DNA of 64,000 nucleotides from contig OZ251992.1 of the NCBI GenBank assembly GCA_965246885.1, positions 3,264,001 to 3,328,000 of the forward strand, given 5' to 3'. A program made the position numbers and the translations under genes. The DNA comes from Abditibacterium sp. GTDB taxonomy: Bacteria; Armatimonadota; Abditibacteriia; Abditibacteriales; Abditibacteriaceae. Shown here one piece after another: positions 47,369 through 59,221 of the stretch (the first letter of the stretch is position 1; the number at the start of each line of letters is the position of its first letter). The notes under the pieces were generated by a model that did not search any database, was not told the DNA's origin, and worked only from the letters and a program-made list of their open reading frames with translations.

Positions 47369-48831
47369 TGCAAAACCTCTTCTTCGACGGCTCCAGCGCG
47401 CTGCTGACCGACCTCTACCAACTGACGATGGCTTACGGCTACTGGAAGGCGGGCCGCGCGGACGACTGGGCGAACTTCCAGATGTATTTCCGCAAGCTGC
47501 CCTTTTCCGGCGGATTCGCGGTCGCGTGCGGGGTGGAACCGGCGCTCGAATGGATCGAGCGCTTCGCCTTCGACACGACCGACTTGGGCTATCTCGAAAC
47601 CCTGACGGGCGCCGACGACCTGCCGCTATTTAGCTCCGAGTTCCTCGACTACCTCGGCGACTTGGCGCTCCATGTGGACGTGGACGCCGTGCGCGAGGGC
47701 GCGCTCTGCTTTGCGCAGGAGCCGCTTGTCCGCGTGCAAGGCCCGGTGCTTCATTGCCAACTGCTCGAAACCGCTCTGCTCAACATGGTCAACTTCCAAA
47801 CGCTCATCGCCACCAAAGCGGCGCGCATCTGTTTGGCGGCCAAGGGCGAACCCGTCTTGGAGTTCGGCGCGCGCCGCGCGCAAGGGATAGACGGCGCGCT
47901 CGCGGCTTCGCGGGCCGCCTACGTCGGTGGGTGCGCCGCGACTTCGCACGTCTTGGCGGGCAAGTGCTTCGACATCCCCGTGCGCGGCACGCACGCGCAC
48001 TCGTGGGTGATGCTCTTCGATTCCGAACCCGAAGCCTTCGCCGCTTATGCCGACGCCCTGCCCAACAACGTGGTCTTTCTGGTGGACACTTACGATACCC
48101 TCGAAGGCGTGCGACACGCCGTCGAAGCGGGACGGGCGCTCCGGGCGCGCGGGCACGACCTGCTGGGCATCCGGCTCGATTCCGGGGATTTGACGTATCT
48201 GAGCATCGAAGCGCGCCGCATCTTGGACGCGGGCGGCTTTCAAGGCGCCAAAATCTACGCCAGCAACGACTTGGACGAAAACCTCATCGCCAGCCTGAAG
48301 GAACAGGGCGCGACGGTGGGCGTGTGGGGCGTCGGCACGCGCTTGGTGACGGGGCACGACCAGCCCGCATTAGGGGGCGTTTACAAGCTGACTGCCGTGC
48401 GCGACGCGAGCGGCCAGTGGCAGCCGCGCATGAAGCTGTCCGAGCAAAGCGTGAAGATTTCGACGCCCGGAGTTTTGGGCGCGCGTCGCTTCGTGGATGC
48501 CAGTGGTCAATTTGTCGCTGATGCTATCTATCAGGACGGTTTCGAGCCGGACGGCGATTTCTGGATCGTTGACCCGCTCGACCCCATCCGGCGCCGCAAA
48601 ATCGGCGCGGAGCTTCATGCGCGCGAACTCTTGGAGCCTGCTTTTCGGGGCGGGCGCCGGGTGCGCGAGCGCGAAACTTTGGCGCAAGCGCGCGACCGGG
48701 CACAGGGCGAACTTGGTGCCTTAAACGCGGGCAGCAAGCGCTCGGTGAACCCGCACTCCTACCCCGTCGGGTTGGAAGCGGGGCTTCACGCGCGCAAAAT
48801 GGCGCTCATCGAACGGCTACGCGAACAATAA
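47368..48831 (+). CDS. pncB: Nicotinate phosphoribosyltransferase
   Basis: LLTDLYQLTM, EFGARR, GTHAHSW, LVDTYD, RLDSGD; TGATG coupling with pncA. Confidence 0.95.
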   Translation: MQNLFFDGSSALLTDLYQLTMAYGYWKAGRADDWANFQMYFRKLPFSGGFAVACGVEPALEWIERFAFDTTDLGYLETLTGADDLPLFSSEFLDYLGDLALHVDVDAVREGALCFAQEPLVRVQGPVLHCQLLETALLNMVNFQTLIATKAARICLAAKGEPVLEFGARRAQGIDGALAASRAAYVGGCAATSHVLAGKCFDIPVRGTHAHSWVMLFDSEPEAFAAYADALPNNVVFLVDTYDTLEGVRHAVEAGRALRARGHDLLGIRLDSGDLTYLSIEARRILDAGGFQGAKIYASNDLDENLIASLKEQGATVGVWGVGTRLVTGHDQPALGGVYKLTAVRDASGQWQPRMKLSEQSVKISTPGVLGARRFVDASGQFVADAIYQDGFEPDGDFWIVDPLDPIRRRKIGAELHARELLEPAFRGGRRVRERETLAQARDRAQGELGALNAGSKRSVNPHSYPVGLEAGLHARKMALIERLREQ

Positions 48832-48915
48832 CGGCCCGCGCCGCGAGCGAGTGAACGAGTGGGAGTAAAGCGGGCCAAACTACATGGTGTTCTGGCGCTT
48901 TAGCGCTTATTCTTT

Positions 48916-51900
48916 ATGTCACTCTTTTCACGCATAGACCGCGTTCGCGGCAACGGCACCAAAGAACCCAGTCGGGGCGACGAGAGCGTCTTCGCCATCC
49001 CCGACCTGCACAACGCGGCGCCCATCGCGCCGCCCCCGGTTCCCGAAGCGGACGCTTCTCCCGAAGCCGCGCCCACTGCCCCGGCATTTCTCCAAGCGTC
49101 CATCACCCCGATAACGGTGCCCGTCACCGCTCCGGCGACGCTTGCAAGCGAAGCCAAGCTGTCGCCGTTAGAGCGCTTGGCGCGGCGCGGAGCGGAACTC
49201 GACGAGCCAGCCGAGGATGCGCCCGACGCTCTCCTCCCCGCTCCGCCCGCCACCAACTTGTTGGCCGAGCGCTTAAAAGACGGCTTTCCGGCGGAAGGCG
49301 CCGTTCCCCTCCACAGCGAGCCAATTGCGGAAGCACCAGTGCGCGCGCCGCGCGAAGAAGCTCCCGCTCCCGCGCCGCCGGGGGGTGGCACGGCGTTCGA
49401 CCGCTTAATGACCGCGCGCGCCGCCACACCGCCCGCACCAGCTTCTGACGGCGCGCATGCTGCCGAAGCGTCGCGCCCAACCATGTCTTTGGCCGAGCGC
49501 CTGAGCGCCATGCGCGCCAACGCCGAGGCCCTCACGCGCGAGCCGCCCCCCGATGCGCTCGAACAAGCACCCATCGCCCCAACCCTCCCGGAGGCCATTC
49601 CCTACGACCCCGAAGCGAGTCTTGAAGACGTGCTTTCCCCGGTCGAGGACGCCGACGAGGAAGAAGCGCTCGTCGCCGCCGCGCCTCCCAAAGAAAAAGA
49701 AGAGGCCGTGCCCGTCGCAGACGAAGCGCTACCAACCCTCACCGCGCCCGCAAGCGAAGAAGCCGCGCCCCCCGTTCTCGAAAGCCAAGGAGGGAAGACA
49801 GAACAGGAGCACGCTCCCGTCTTTGCCGAAGCGCCCGCCGTTCCGGTTGTTGTCGCAGCGCCCCGAAACGCCGACCCCGCACCCATGCCATCCGAACCAA
49901 GCGCGCCACCCTCGCCTTGGGCACAGCGTTTGGCCGGACGCGACGCCTTGCGCGACGAGCCGATTGTGCCCGCCGCACCCCCGTCTCCAACCGCCAGCAC
50001 CCCCTCCGACACGTCCGAAGCCCTTGACCGCGCGCCCGCCGGACTTGCCCGCGTGGGCAACGAAACGGTCGCGGGCGAATCGGAAGCGCGCAACCGCGCC
50101 CTCTACCGCCAGAAGCACTTCATGTTCGACGCCGTCTTGGGGTCGCTCGACCAGCGCGCGCTCCAGAACCCGACGCGCGAGGGCATGAAAGCGCCCATCG
50201 AGCGCGCCGTCGAAATGGCGACGCGCGAGTTCAACCTCTCGCTCGAAGGCGCCGACCGCGCGTGGATGAACGAAGAGTTCATGCGCGAAGTCACTGACCT
50301 CGGCCCGCTTGTCGGACTGCTCGAAGACGTGACGGTCAACAAGATCCTCGTCGTCGGCTCCACAGATGTCGCCGTCGAACGCTTCGGGCGCATCGAGCGC
50401 ACGGGCATCTCGTTCCGCGACGACGACCACCTGCTTTCCGTCGTGCGCCGCATCGCGGATCTTACGGGTGGGCGCATAGACACCAAAGTGCCGCTCCTCG
50501 ACCGGCCCTTGCCCGATGGCGCCCGCATCCGCGCCAAAATTCAACCGCTTTCGCCGCAGCCCACGCTCACCGTCGAAAAATCCACCGGCAACCCCTTCAC
50601 CGCCCTGCGCCGCCAGCAAGCCGAACGCGGACGCGACAACGCGCTGCCCTACTCTTTGCTGCGCGAACGCATCCAGCAACGGCTGCTGCGCGAATTCGAG
50701 GGCAACTCCGCCGCGCTTTCCAACACCGAGAAGCTGCGCGGGCAAGTCGAGGAGATGATCGGCCTCGTCATCTCCGAAGAAAAGGTCGCGGTTTCGCGCG
50801 CCGAGCGCGCGTCCTTAGTGATGGACTTGCTCAACGAAATCGTTGGTCTTGGCCCCATCGAGCCGCTTCTGAACGACCCCGACGTGGACGAAGTGATGGT
50901 CAATGGGCCGTTCCAAATCTACGTCGAGCGCAAAGGAAAGCTCGAAATCGCGCCGCAACGCTTCCGTGATAACGCGCACGTTATGCAGGTTATCGAGCGC
51001 ATCGTCGCTCCGCTTGGACGGCGCGTGGACGAAAAGTCGCCGATGGTGGACGGGCGACTGCGCGACGGCTCGCGCTTCAACGCCATCATCCCCCCGCTCG
51101 CGCTGAGCGGGCCGACGATGACGATTCGCAAATTCGCGCGCGACCCGCTCACCATGACCGACCTCATCAACTTCGGCTCTCTAACAAGGGAAGCCGCGCA
51201 GTTCTTGCAAGCCGCCGTCGAAGGGCGCATGAACATCATCGTTTCGGGCGGCACCGGGTCGGGCAAAACTACGACTTTGAACGTTTTGTCCAGCTTTATC
51301 CCGTCGAGCGAGCGCATCGTGACCATTGAGGACGCCGCCGAGTTGCAACTGCGCCAAGAGCACGTCGTCCGTTTGGAAACCCGCCCCGCCAACATCGAAG
51401 GGCAGGGCGAAGTGAGCATCCGCGAGTTAGTGCGCAACTCCCTGCGTATGCGTCCCGACCGCATCGTCATCGGCGAATGTCGCGGCGGCGAAGCGCTCGA
51501 CATGCTGCAAGCGATGAACACCGGTCACGACGGAAGCCTGACGACGGGCCACTCCAACGGCCCGCGCGACACCATCAAGCGTTTGGAAACGATGGTGATG
51601 ATGGCCGGTTTCGACTTGCCGGTGCGCGCCATTCGGGAACAGATCTCGATGGCCGTGCAGTTCATTGTCCACCAAGAGCGAATGCGCGACGGCAAGCGCC
51701 GCATCACCGCCATTACCGAGTTGGTCGGCATGGAGGGAGACGTGGTGACGATGCAGGACATCTTCCGCTTCGAGCAAGACCGCGTGGACGAGGAGGGGCG
51801 CATCATCGGCACCCTCAACGCGACGGGATTGCGTCCGCAGAACTTCGATGCCATCGTGGACAACGGCGTCAACTTGACTATGGAACTGTTCCAGCCGCGT

Positions 51901-51966
51901 TCGATGGGCGGACGCGACGGCGACCTGCGCTCGCGCCTGTCCGAGCACCGCGTCGGCACGCGCTGA
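48916..51966 (+). CDS. CpaF/TadA pilus assembly ATPase with long N-terminal extension
   Basis: GGTGSGKTT, TIEDAAEL, LRMRPDRIVIGE.RG.EA, AMNTGHDGS. Confidence 0.92.
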   Translation: MSLFSRIDRVRGNGTKEPSRGDESVFAIPDLHNAAPIAPPPVPEADASPEAAPTAPAFLQASITPITVPVTAPATLASEAKLSPLERLARRGAELDEPAEDAPDALLPAPPATNLLAERLKDGFPAEGAVPLHSEPIAEAPVRAPREEAPAPAPPGGGTAFDRLMTARAATPPAPASDGAHAAEASRPTMSLAERLSAMRANAEALTREPPPDALEQAPIAPTLPEAIPYDPEASLEDVLSPVEDADEEEALVAAAPPKEKEEAVPVADEALPTLTAPASEEAAPPVLESQGGKTEQEHAPVFAEAPAVPVVVAAPRNADPAPMPSEPSAPPSPWAQRLAGRDALRDEPIVPAAPPSPTASTPSDTSEALDRAPAGLARVGNETVAGESEARNRALYRQKHFMFDAVLGSLDQRALQNPTREGMKAPIERAVEMATREFNLSLEGADRAWMNEEFMREVTDLGPLVGLLEDVTVNKILVVGSTDVAVERFGRIERTGISFRDDDHLLSVVRRIADLTGGRIDTKVPLLDRPLPDGARIRAKIQPLSPQPTLTVEKSTGNPFTALRRQQAERGRDNALPYSLLRERIQQRLLREFEGNSAALSNTEKLRGQVEEMIGLVISEEKVAVSRAERASLVMDLLNEIVGLGPIEPLLNDPDVDEVMVNGPFQIYVERKGKLEIAPQRFRDNAHVMQVIERIVAPLGRRVDEKSPMVDGRLRDGSRFNAIIPPLALSGPTMTIRKFARDPLTMTDLINFGSLTREAAQFLQAAVEGRMNIIVSGGTGSGKTTTLNVLSSFIPSSERIVTIEDAAELQLRQEHVVRLETRPANIEGQGEVSIRELVRNSLRMRPDRIVIGECRGGEALDMLQAMNTGHDGSLTTGHSNGPRDTIKRLETMVMMAGFDLPVRAIREQISMAVQFIVHQERMRDGKRRITAITELVGMEGDVVTMQDIFRFEQDRVDEEGRIIGTLNATGLRPQNFDAIVDNGVNLTMELFQPRSMGGRDGDLRSRLSEHRVGTR

Positions 51967-52140
51967 CCATGCGGGAGAATGGCGCGACCCGGCGAACTAG
52001 TGGCGTGGTTAATTCTTCGGGGAGCGCGGCCCGGCGAGTCGGCGGCGCGACGCGGCGGCGGAGTCGCCCGACCGCGCCAAGCCGTCCCCGCGCCCCGCGA
52101 ACAGGGGCGCGGGGGAGAGAAAATTGCAATCTGCGCCCGT

Positions 52141-52725
52141 ATGAAACCGTTCTATATGTGTGTCGCGCTGGCCTTAGCGCCCGTCGCGCTCACCGCTTCC
52201 GCTTCGGCGCAAAGCGAGCCGAACTTGATGCAAGCGCCCGTCAAGTGGCCGACGATTGAGCCAACTGTTGAGGGAGAGTTAGACCATTTCGATGGCCGCG
52301 TCGCCGCGCTTCAGTACTTGCTGCGCGCTCGCGGGGTTTACAAGGGACGTGCTGATGGCATTTACGGCCCCAAGACCGTCGCGGCAGTGAAGGCGTTCCA
52401 GCGCCATGTCGGTCTCAAACCCGACGGTATCGCCGGGCCAAGAACGTTGCCCCGCTTGGTCATCCCCGTCCGGCGCGGCTCGAAGGGCGACGCCGTGCGA
52501 GCAGCGCAAATCCTCGCGCGTGGCGCAATGAATCACAGTGGCGAGCAGGGAAACTTGGGATTGGAAACGAATGGCGTCTTTGATAAACGGACTGAGGAGG
52601 CCGTCAGATACGCGCAAGACTGCGAGAATCAATCAGAAGACTTTCTAAAGCCGGACGGCATCATGGGGCCGCGTTCGTGGTGCTTGCTGTTGGGCGGAGA
52701 AGTCGTCGGCTCCAAGTTTTCGTAG
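52141..52725 (+). CDS. Secreted peptidoglycan-binding domain protein (two PG_binding_1 repeats)
   Basis: VAALQYLL...DGIYGPKTVAAVKAFQ...DGIAGPRT, followed by a second repeat. Confidence 0.85.
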   Translation: MKPFYMCVALALAPVALTASASAQSEPNLMQAPVKWPTIEPTVEGELDHFDGRVAALQYLLRARGVYKGRADGIYGPKTVAAVKAFQRHVGLKPDGIAGPRTLPRLVIPVRRGSKGDAVRAAQILARGAMNHSGEQGNLGLETNGVFDKRTEEAVRYAQDCENQSEDFLKPDGIMGPRSWCLLLGGEVVGSKFS

Positions 52726-52789
52726 AGTTTTTACACACGGAACACGCGGGGCGCCGATTCCGTCCAAACTTCGACTGTTTCGAGGTTCT

Positions 52790-55069
52790 ATGGCATCCGC
52801 TCCGATTTCACCTTCCGCGTCGCTCGTGTCGCCCGCTTCGGGGGCGCCTTTGGCGCTGCAAAACCGCTTGAACGCGCTCACGCGGCGGCGCAACGCCGTT
52901 GTGTTGGGGCGCCATGTGGTGCGGGCGCTTGTGCCGGGGGTGTGGGCATCGGCGGTTGGCATCGCGCTTTATAAAACGCACATTCTCGCCGACGCGCCGG
53001 TCTGGTTGCCAGTTGTGGCGCTGGGCGCGTGCGCGTTGTGGGGGGTGCGGGGGGGCTTAAAGGCGCGGGGCGGGACGTTTCGGGCGGCGCGCGACGCGGA
53101 TGCGACGCTTGGACTCAAGGACTCGCTCGGCTCGGCCTTGTCGTTCGTGGCGCCCGACCAGATAGGCTCCAACCGTATGGCGCCCGCGCCCAAAACCCTC
53201 GCGGAGCGCGCCAAACGGATGGTGACAGGAGGCGATTCGTTTCACATCGCGCCGCACGCGCCGGAAACAACGCTCGTGCCCGCTCTTGTGGCCGACGCCG
53301 CAACGAGGGCGGCCAACCTCGACCCGCGCCGGGTGTACTCGTGGAAGTTCGACCGCGCCGCCAAAGCCTTGACGGTGGGCGCCATCTTGATGGTGGGCGC
53401 GCTGTTCTCGCCCGACAAGCCGCTCTTCGCGTCGAAGAAGGAGTTGGCGGAGCGCGCGGCGATTATGAAAGCGGGCGAAAAGTTGGCGGTGCTTTCCAAG
53501 GAAGTCCGCAAGCGGCAAAACCCCGACGACGCGCAGGTTTCGCAACTCAACAAGCGGCTGGAAAAGCTGGGACTGAAGATGGCGCGCGGACGAATGACGA
53601 AGCGGGCGGCCCTCACGGACATCGGGGAACTCAAGCAACAATTGCAAAAGGCGCAGCAACAGCCGCCGCGCAACCAGAGCCAGTCGCCCCAAGGCGGGAT
53701 GCCGCAGATTCCCGAAGCGATCAAGCGCGCGCCGATGCAGTCGCAGTCGGGCCAGAAAGTGCAGCAGGACTTGCAAAACAACAAATATAAGGAAGCGGCG
53801 AAGGAGTTGGATAAGCTGGCCGACAAACTGGAGAAGGGTCAACTGACGCCCAAGGAAAAAGAGCAGGCGGCGAAGGATATGGAGGAAGTCGCCAAGCAAC
53901 TCCACCAACAAGGCGGTCAGGCGAACGAGAACGCGGCCAGGCAGTTGGAGCAAGCAGCGAAGGAGCTACGCCAACCGCAGGCGCAACAATCCCAACCCAA
54001 GCAGGGACAGCAAAACCAGAACGGCCAGCAAGGGCAACAACAAAGCGGTCAACAAAACCAAGGGCAGCAAAAGCAGGGGCAACAAAGCCAGCAACAATCC
54101 CAGCAGGGGCAACAAGGCCAGCAGCCCAACGGCAAGCAGGGGCAAGGGCAGCAGTCACAGTCCGGCCAACAAGGAAGACAGGGACAAGGCAAGCAAGGAC
54201 AAGGACAACAGTCGCAGTCCGGCCAAGGCCAGCAACCGGGCCAAAAGAACGGGCAACAACAAAGTGGGCAACAGGGGCAATCGCCGCAACAAGGGAAACA
54301 GGGGCAGGGCCAAAGCCAGTCGCAGCAAGGCCAATCGCCCCAAGGCGGACAACAAGGCTCGCAGGGCGGGCAACAAGGGCAGTCGCCCCAAGGCAAGCAG
54401 GGGCAACAAGGCGGACAATCGGGCGGCGGGCAAAGCGGCGAGGGTCAACAAGGGCAATCGAACGCGAGCGGCGCCTTGCGCGATATGGCAAACTCCCTGC
54501 GCCAAGGCGCAGGGGGAAGCGGCGGGGGTTCCAACCTCCGAGACATGATGAACAACCTCCGCGAAGCCGAAAACGGCACCAACGGCGGCAGCGCATCGGG
54601 CAAAGGCGGCAAACCCGGCAACGGCATGGGCGGCGCGGGAGAAGGCGGCGACTCGCGCACCCCGATGACGCCCGGCAAGAACGTGATGCCCTCCGACCCA
54701 CACGGCAACGTCGGCGGCGGCGCCGGTCTTGGCCCGCGCGACCACACAACGGGCATCAACTCCGGCGGCGGCGTGTCCAAGTCGAAAAGCACCCGCACCG
54801 GCGACCACCGCCGCTACGAGGACGAATGGAGTAGCCGCCTGCCCCGCCCGCACGCCAAGATAGACCGCGTCAAAGGCAAATGGGGTGATAGCGGCGAAGT
54901 CGAGCAACTCCCCACCAAGGGCGACGGCAAAGGCGGCCAAGCCCACACGCCCTACTACGACGTGTATCAATCCTACAAACGCGACGCCGAAGACGCCGTA
55001 GGCCGCGAAACCGTTCCGCCCGCTTATAAAGCGCCCGTCAAAGACTACTTCGAGAGCATTAAACCGTAG
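52790..55069 (+). CDS. Membrane protein with coiled-coil and Gln/Gly-rich region (MoxR-associated)
   Basis: N-terminal TMs, Q/G tract, terminal VPPAYKAPVKDYF. Confidence 0.8.
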   Translation: MASAPISPSASLVSPASGAPLALQNRLNALTRRRNAVVLGRHVVRALVPGVWASAVGIALYKTHILADAPVWLPVVALGACALWGVRGGLKARGGTFRAARDADATLGLKDSLGSALSFVAPDQIGSNRMAPAPKTLAERAKRMVTGGDSFHIAPHAPETTLVPALVADAATRAANLDPRRVYSWKFDRAAKALTVGAILMVGALFSPDKPLFASKKELAERAAIMKAGEKLAVLSKEVRKRQNPDDAQVSQLNKRLEKLGLKMARGRMTKRAALTDIGELKQQLQKAQQQPPRNQSQSPQGGMPQIPEAIKRAPMQSQSGQKVQQDLQNNKYKEAAKELDKLADKLEKGQLTPKEKEQAAKDMEEVAKQLHQQGGQANENAARQLEQAAKELRQPQAQQSQPKQGQQNQNGQQGQQQSGQQNQGQQKQGQQSQQQSQQGQQGQQPNGKQGQGQQSQSGQQGRQGQGKQGQGQQSQSGQGQQPGQKNGQQQSGQQGQSPQQGKQGQGQSQSQQGQSPQGGQQGSQGGQQGQSPQGKQGQQGGQSGGGQSGEGQQGQSNASGALRDMANSLRQGAGGSGGGSNLRDMMNNLREAENGTNGGSASGKGGKPGNGMGGAGEGGDSRTPMTPGKNVMPSDPHGNVGGGAGLGPRDHTTGINSGGGVSKSKSTRTGDHRRYEDEWSSRLPRPHAKIDRVKGKWGDSGEVEQLPTKGDGKGGQAHTPYYDVYQSYKRDAEDAVGRETVPPAYKAPVKDYFESIKP

Positions 55070-55075
55070 CTTGCA

Positions 55076-55127
55076 GGTTCTCGCAAAGGCGCGGAGACGC
55101 TAACCTATTTGCGCCTTTGCGAGAACC
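55076..55127 (+). repeat. 20-bp-arm hairpin (CGCAAAGGCGC type) filling the gap before moxR
   Basis: GGTTCTCGCAAAGGCGCGGA...TTTGCGCCTTTGCGAGAACC. Confidence 0.85.
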
Positions 55128-55133
55128 ACTTCC

Positions 55134-56141
55134 ATGACCCTCGACACTTCATTCGACGCGCCCGGTGCGGTCGCGCATTTCCAAGAACGGTTGAACGCCG
55201 TCAAAACGCAGATGGGGCGCTCGCTTGTCGGGCAAGAGGCCATTGTCGAGGGGGTGCTGATGTGCCTGATGGCGGGAGGGCACGTGTTGCTCGAAGGCGT
55301 GCCGGGATTGGGCAAGACGCTCCTCGTGCGGGCGCTCGCGGGCAGTCTGGGCCTTGACTTTTCGCGCATCCAGTTCACGCCCGACCTGATGCCCGCCGAT
55401 GTGACGGGCACGACAATTATCGCCGAAAACGAGGCGGGCAAGCGCGAGTTCCAGTTTCAGCGCGGGCCGGTGTTCACCAACATCCTGCTCGCCGACGAAA
55501 TCAACCGCGCCACGCCCAAAACGCAGTCCGCGCTGCTCGAAGCGATGCAGGAGAGGAGCGTCACCGTGTCGGGCACGACATATCAACTGCAAGAGCCGTA
55601 TATGGTGCTGGCGACGCAGAACCCCGTCGAGCAAGAGGGCACATATCCCCTGCCCGAAGCGCAGTTAGACCGCTTTTTGTTTAAGATGCGCGTGTTCTTT
55701 CCGACGCTCGACGAGATGATGGAAATCCTCAACCGCACCACGACGGGCTTCTCGGACAACCCCGAACCCGTCTTGGGGGCGCAGGACATCTTATTGCTGC
55801 GCAAGTTAGTGCGCGAGGTGCCCGTCGCCCCGCACATCCAAGAGCACGCGCTGCACTTGGTGTTGGGAAGCCACCCCGACTCGGAGTTTGCGACGGAGAA
55901 CGTGCGCAAGTTCGTGCGCTACGGCGCTTCTCCGCGCGGCGCGCAAGCGCTGATTTTGGCGGGCAAAGTGCGCGCGCTCTTCGAGGGGCGCTTCCACGTT
56001 GCGGCGGAAGATATAGATTTCATCGCGCGTCCGGCGCTGCGGCACCGCATCATTCTGGGCTTCGAGGGCCAAGCCGAGGGCATCGAGACCGACGACTTGG
56101 TGGACGAACTGGTGGACAAGCACGCGCTCGTCGCGTCGTAG
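55134..56141 (+). CDS. MoxR-family AAA+ ATPase
   Basis: EGVPGLGKT, RIQFTPDLMPAD, DEINRATPKTQSALLEAM. Confidence 0.95.
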   Translation: MTLDTSFDAPGAVAHFQERLNAVKTQMGRSLVGQEAIVEGVLMCLMAGGHVLLEGVPGLGKTLLVRALAGSLGLDFSRIQFTPDLMPADVTGTTIIAENEAGKREFQFQRGPVFTNILLADEINRATPKTQSALLEAMQERSVTVSGTTYQLQEPYMVLATQNPVEQEGTYPLPEAQLDRFLFKMRVFFPTLDEMMEILNRTTTGFSDNPEPVLGAQDILLLRKLVREVPVAPHIQEHALHLVLGSHPDSEFATENVRKFVRYGASPRGAQALILAGKVRALFEGRFHVAAEDIDFIARPALRHRIILGFEGQAEGIETDDLVDELVDKHALVAS

Positions 56142-56267
56142 ATTCAAGGGATTTCCCTCTTGCCGCCGTACAAAGCGACGGAAGAGGAAGCAACCGAAAA
56201 GGCACCTCAAGCGTCGTATGGCGTTGCTTTCGTGGGCGCGCTTTTTGGCTTATAGGTCACGTTTCCA

Positions 56268-56650
56268 ATGTTTCGTCCGTCTTCACCGTCGCTGCGCGTG
56301 TTAGTTGTGGATGACCATCCCGACTTGCTGTCTATGCTGGATTTAATGATGCAACGCCGCCAATACGCGGTGTGCACGGCGCGAAGCGGCGCCGAGGCTC
56401 TTGCCATTGCGCCCGATTTCTCGCCACACGTCGTGGTGTCGGACATCGGGATGCCCGATATGGACGGCTACCAAATGATGCGCTCGCTCCGCGAAAAGCG
56501 CGACCTCGCGCCCTTTAAAGCCATCGCGCTTACCGGCTACGACTACGAACTCGAAGGCGACAGCGCCCAAAACGCCGGGTTCGACGCGCAACTCACCAAA
56601 CCCATCGAGTTCAGCCAACTCTTCGAGACCATCGAGCGGTTGGCGTGCGA

Positions 56651-56654
<4 letters not shown>
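56268..56654 (+). CDS. Single-domain response regulator receiver
   Basis: [22 protein letters not shown]. Confidence 0.9.
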
Positions 56655-58744
<2,090 letters not shown>

Positions 58745-58774
58745 GGCGGGGCGTGCGCCCAAATCCGGGGCCAA

Positions 58775-59221
58775 CTAAGAAGATTGCACCCGCCGCGCTT
58801 CCAAGAAGCCCTCCAACAGCGCCGCCGCCGCGCCTGCATCCAGCGCGCCGCTTTCGCGCGCCGCTTTGACGGAACCGCCGCTTTCTCGCAGACCCGCCAG
58901 AAAGAGGGAAGTCGAGAAGCGCTCGTCCCATTCGTGCCACTCTAACTCCAAGCCCTGCGCGCGCGCTTCCAAGCGCAGTTTCTCGAAGAAGCGCCGCGCG
59001 ACTTCGGCGGTCGCGTCGCTTTGCAGGGAGCCGCCGGGAACGCCGCACACGACGCCACCGACTTCGTGCGCTTTGGCGGCGCAGAGAATGGCCGCGAAGT
59101 CGCCGCGATTGTCGTTGAGGCGCCGCTCGTGCGTCCTGAGCGGAAAGGCCAAGCGCTCGTCAGCGTCGCACAGCGCGAGGCCGATGCGTTTAGCGCCAAA
59201 GTCGAGGGCGAGGAGTTTCAT
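58775..59221 (-). CDS. ruvX: YqgF/RuvX pre-16S rRNA nuclease
   Basis: LALDFGAKRIGLA, WDERFST, DAGAAAALL. Confidence 0.9.
   Translation of the reverse strand: MKLLALDFGAKRIGLALCDADERLAFPLRTHERRLNDNRGDFAAILCAAKAHEVGGVVCGVPGGSLQSDATAEVARRFFEKLRLEARAQGLELEWHEWDERFSTSLFLAGLRESGGSVKAARESGALDAGAAAALLEGFLEARRVQSS

Noticed and set aside
56145..56265. c-di-GMP or other riboswitch before the response regulator
   Set aside because: Hairpins are present, but I could not match conserved riboswitch motifs; an Rfam scan would be needed.
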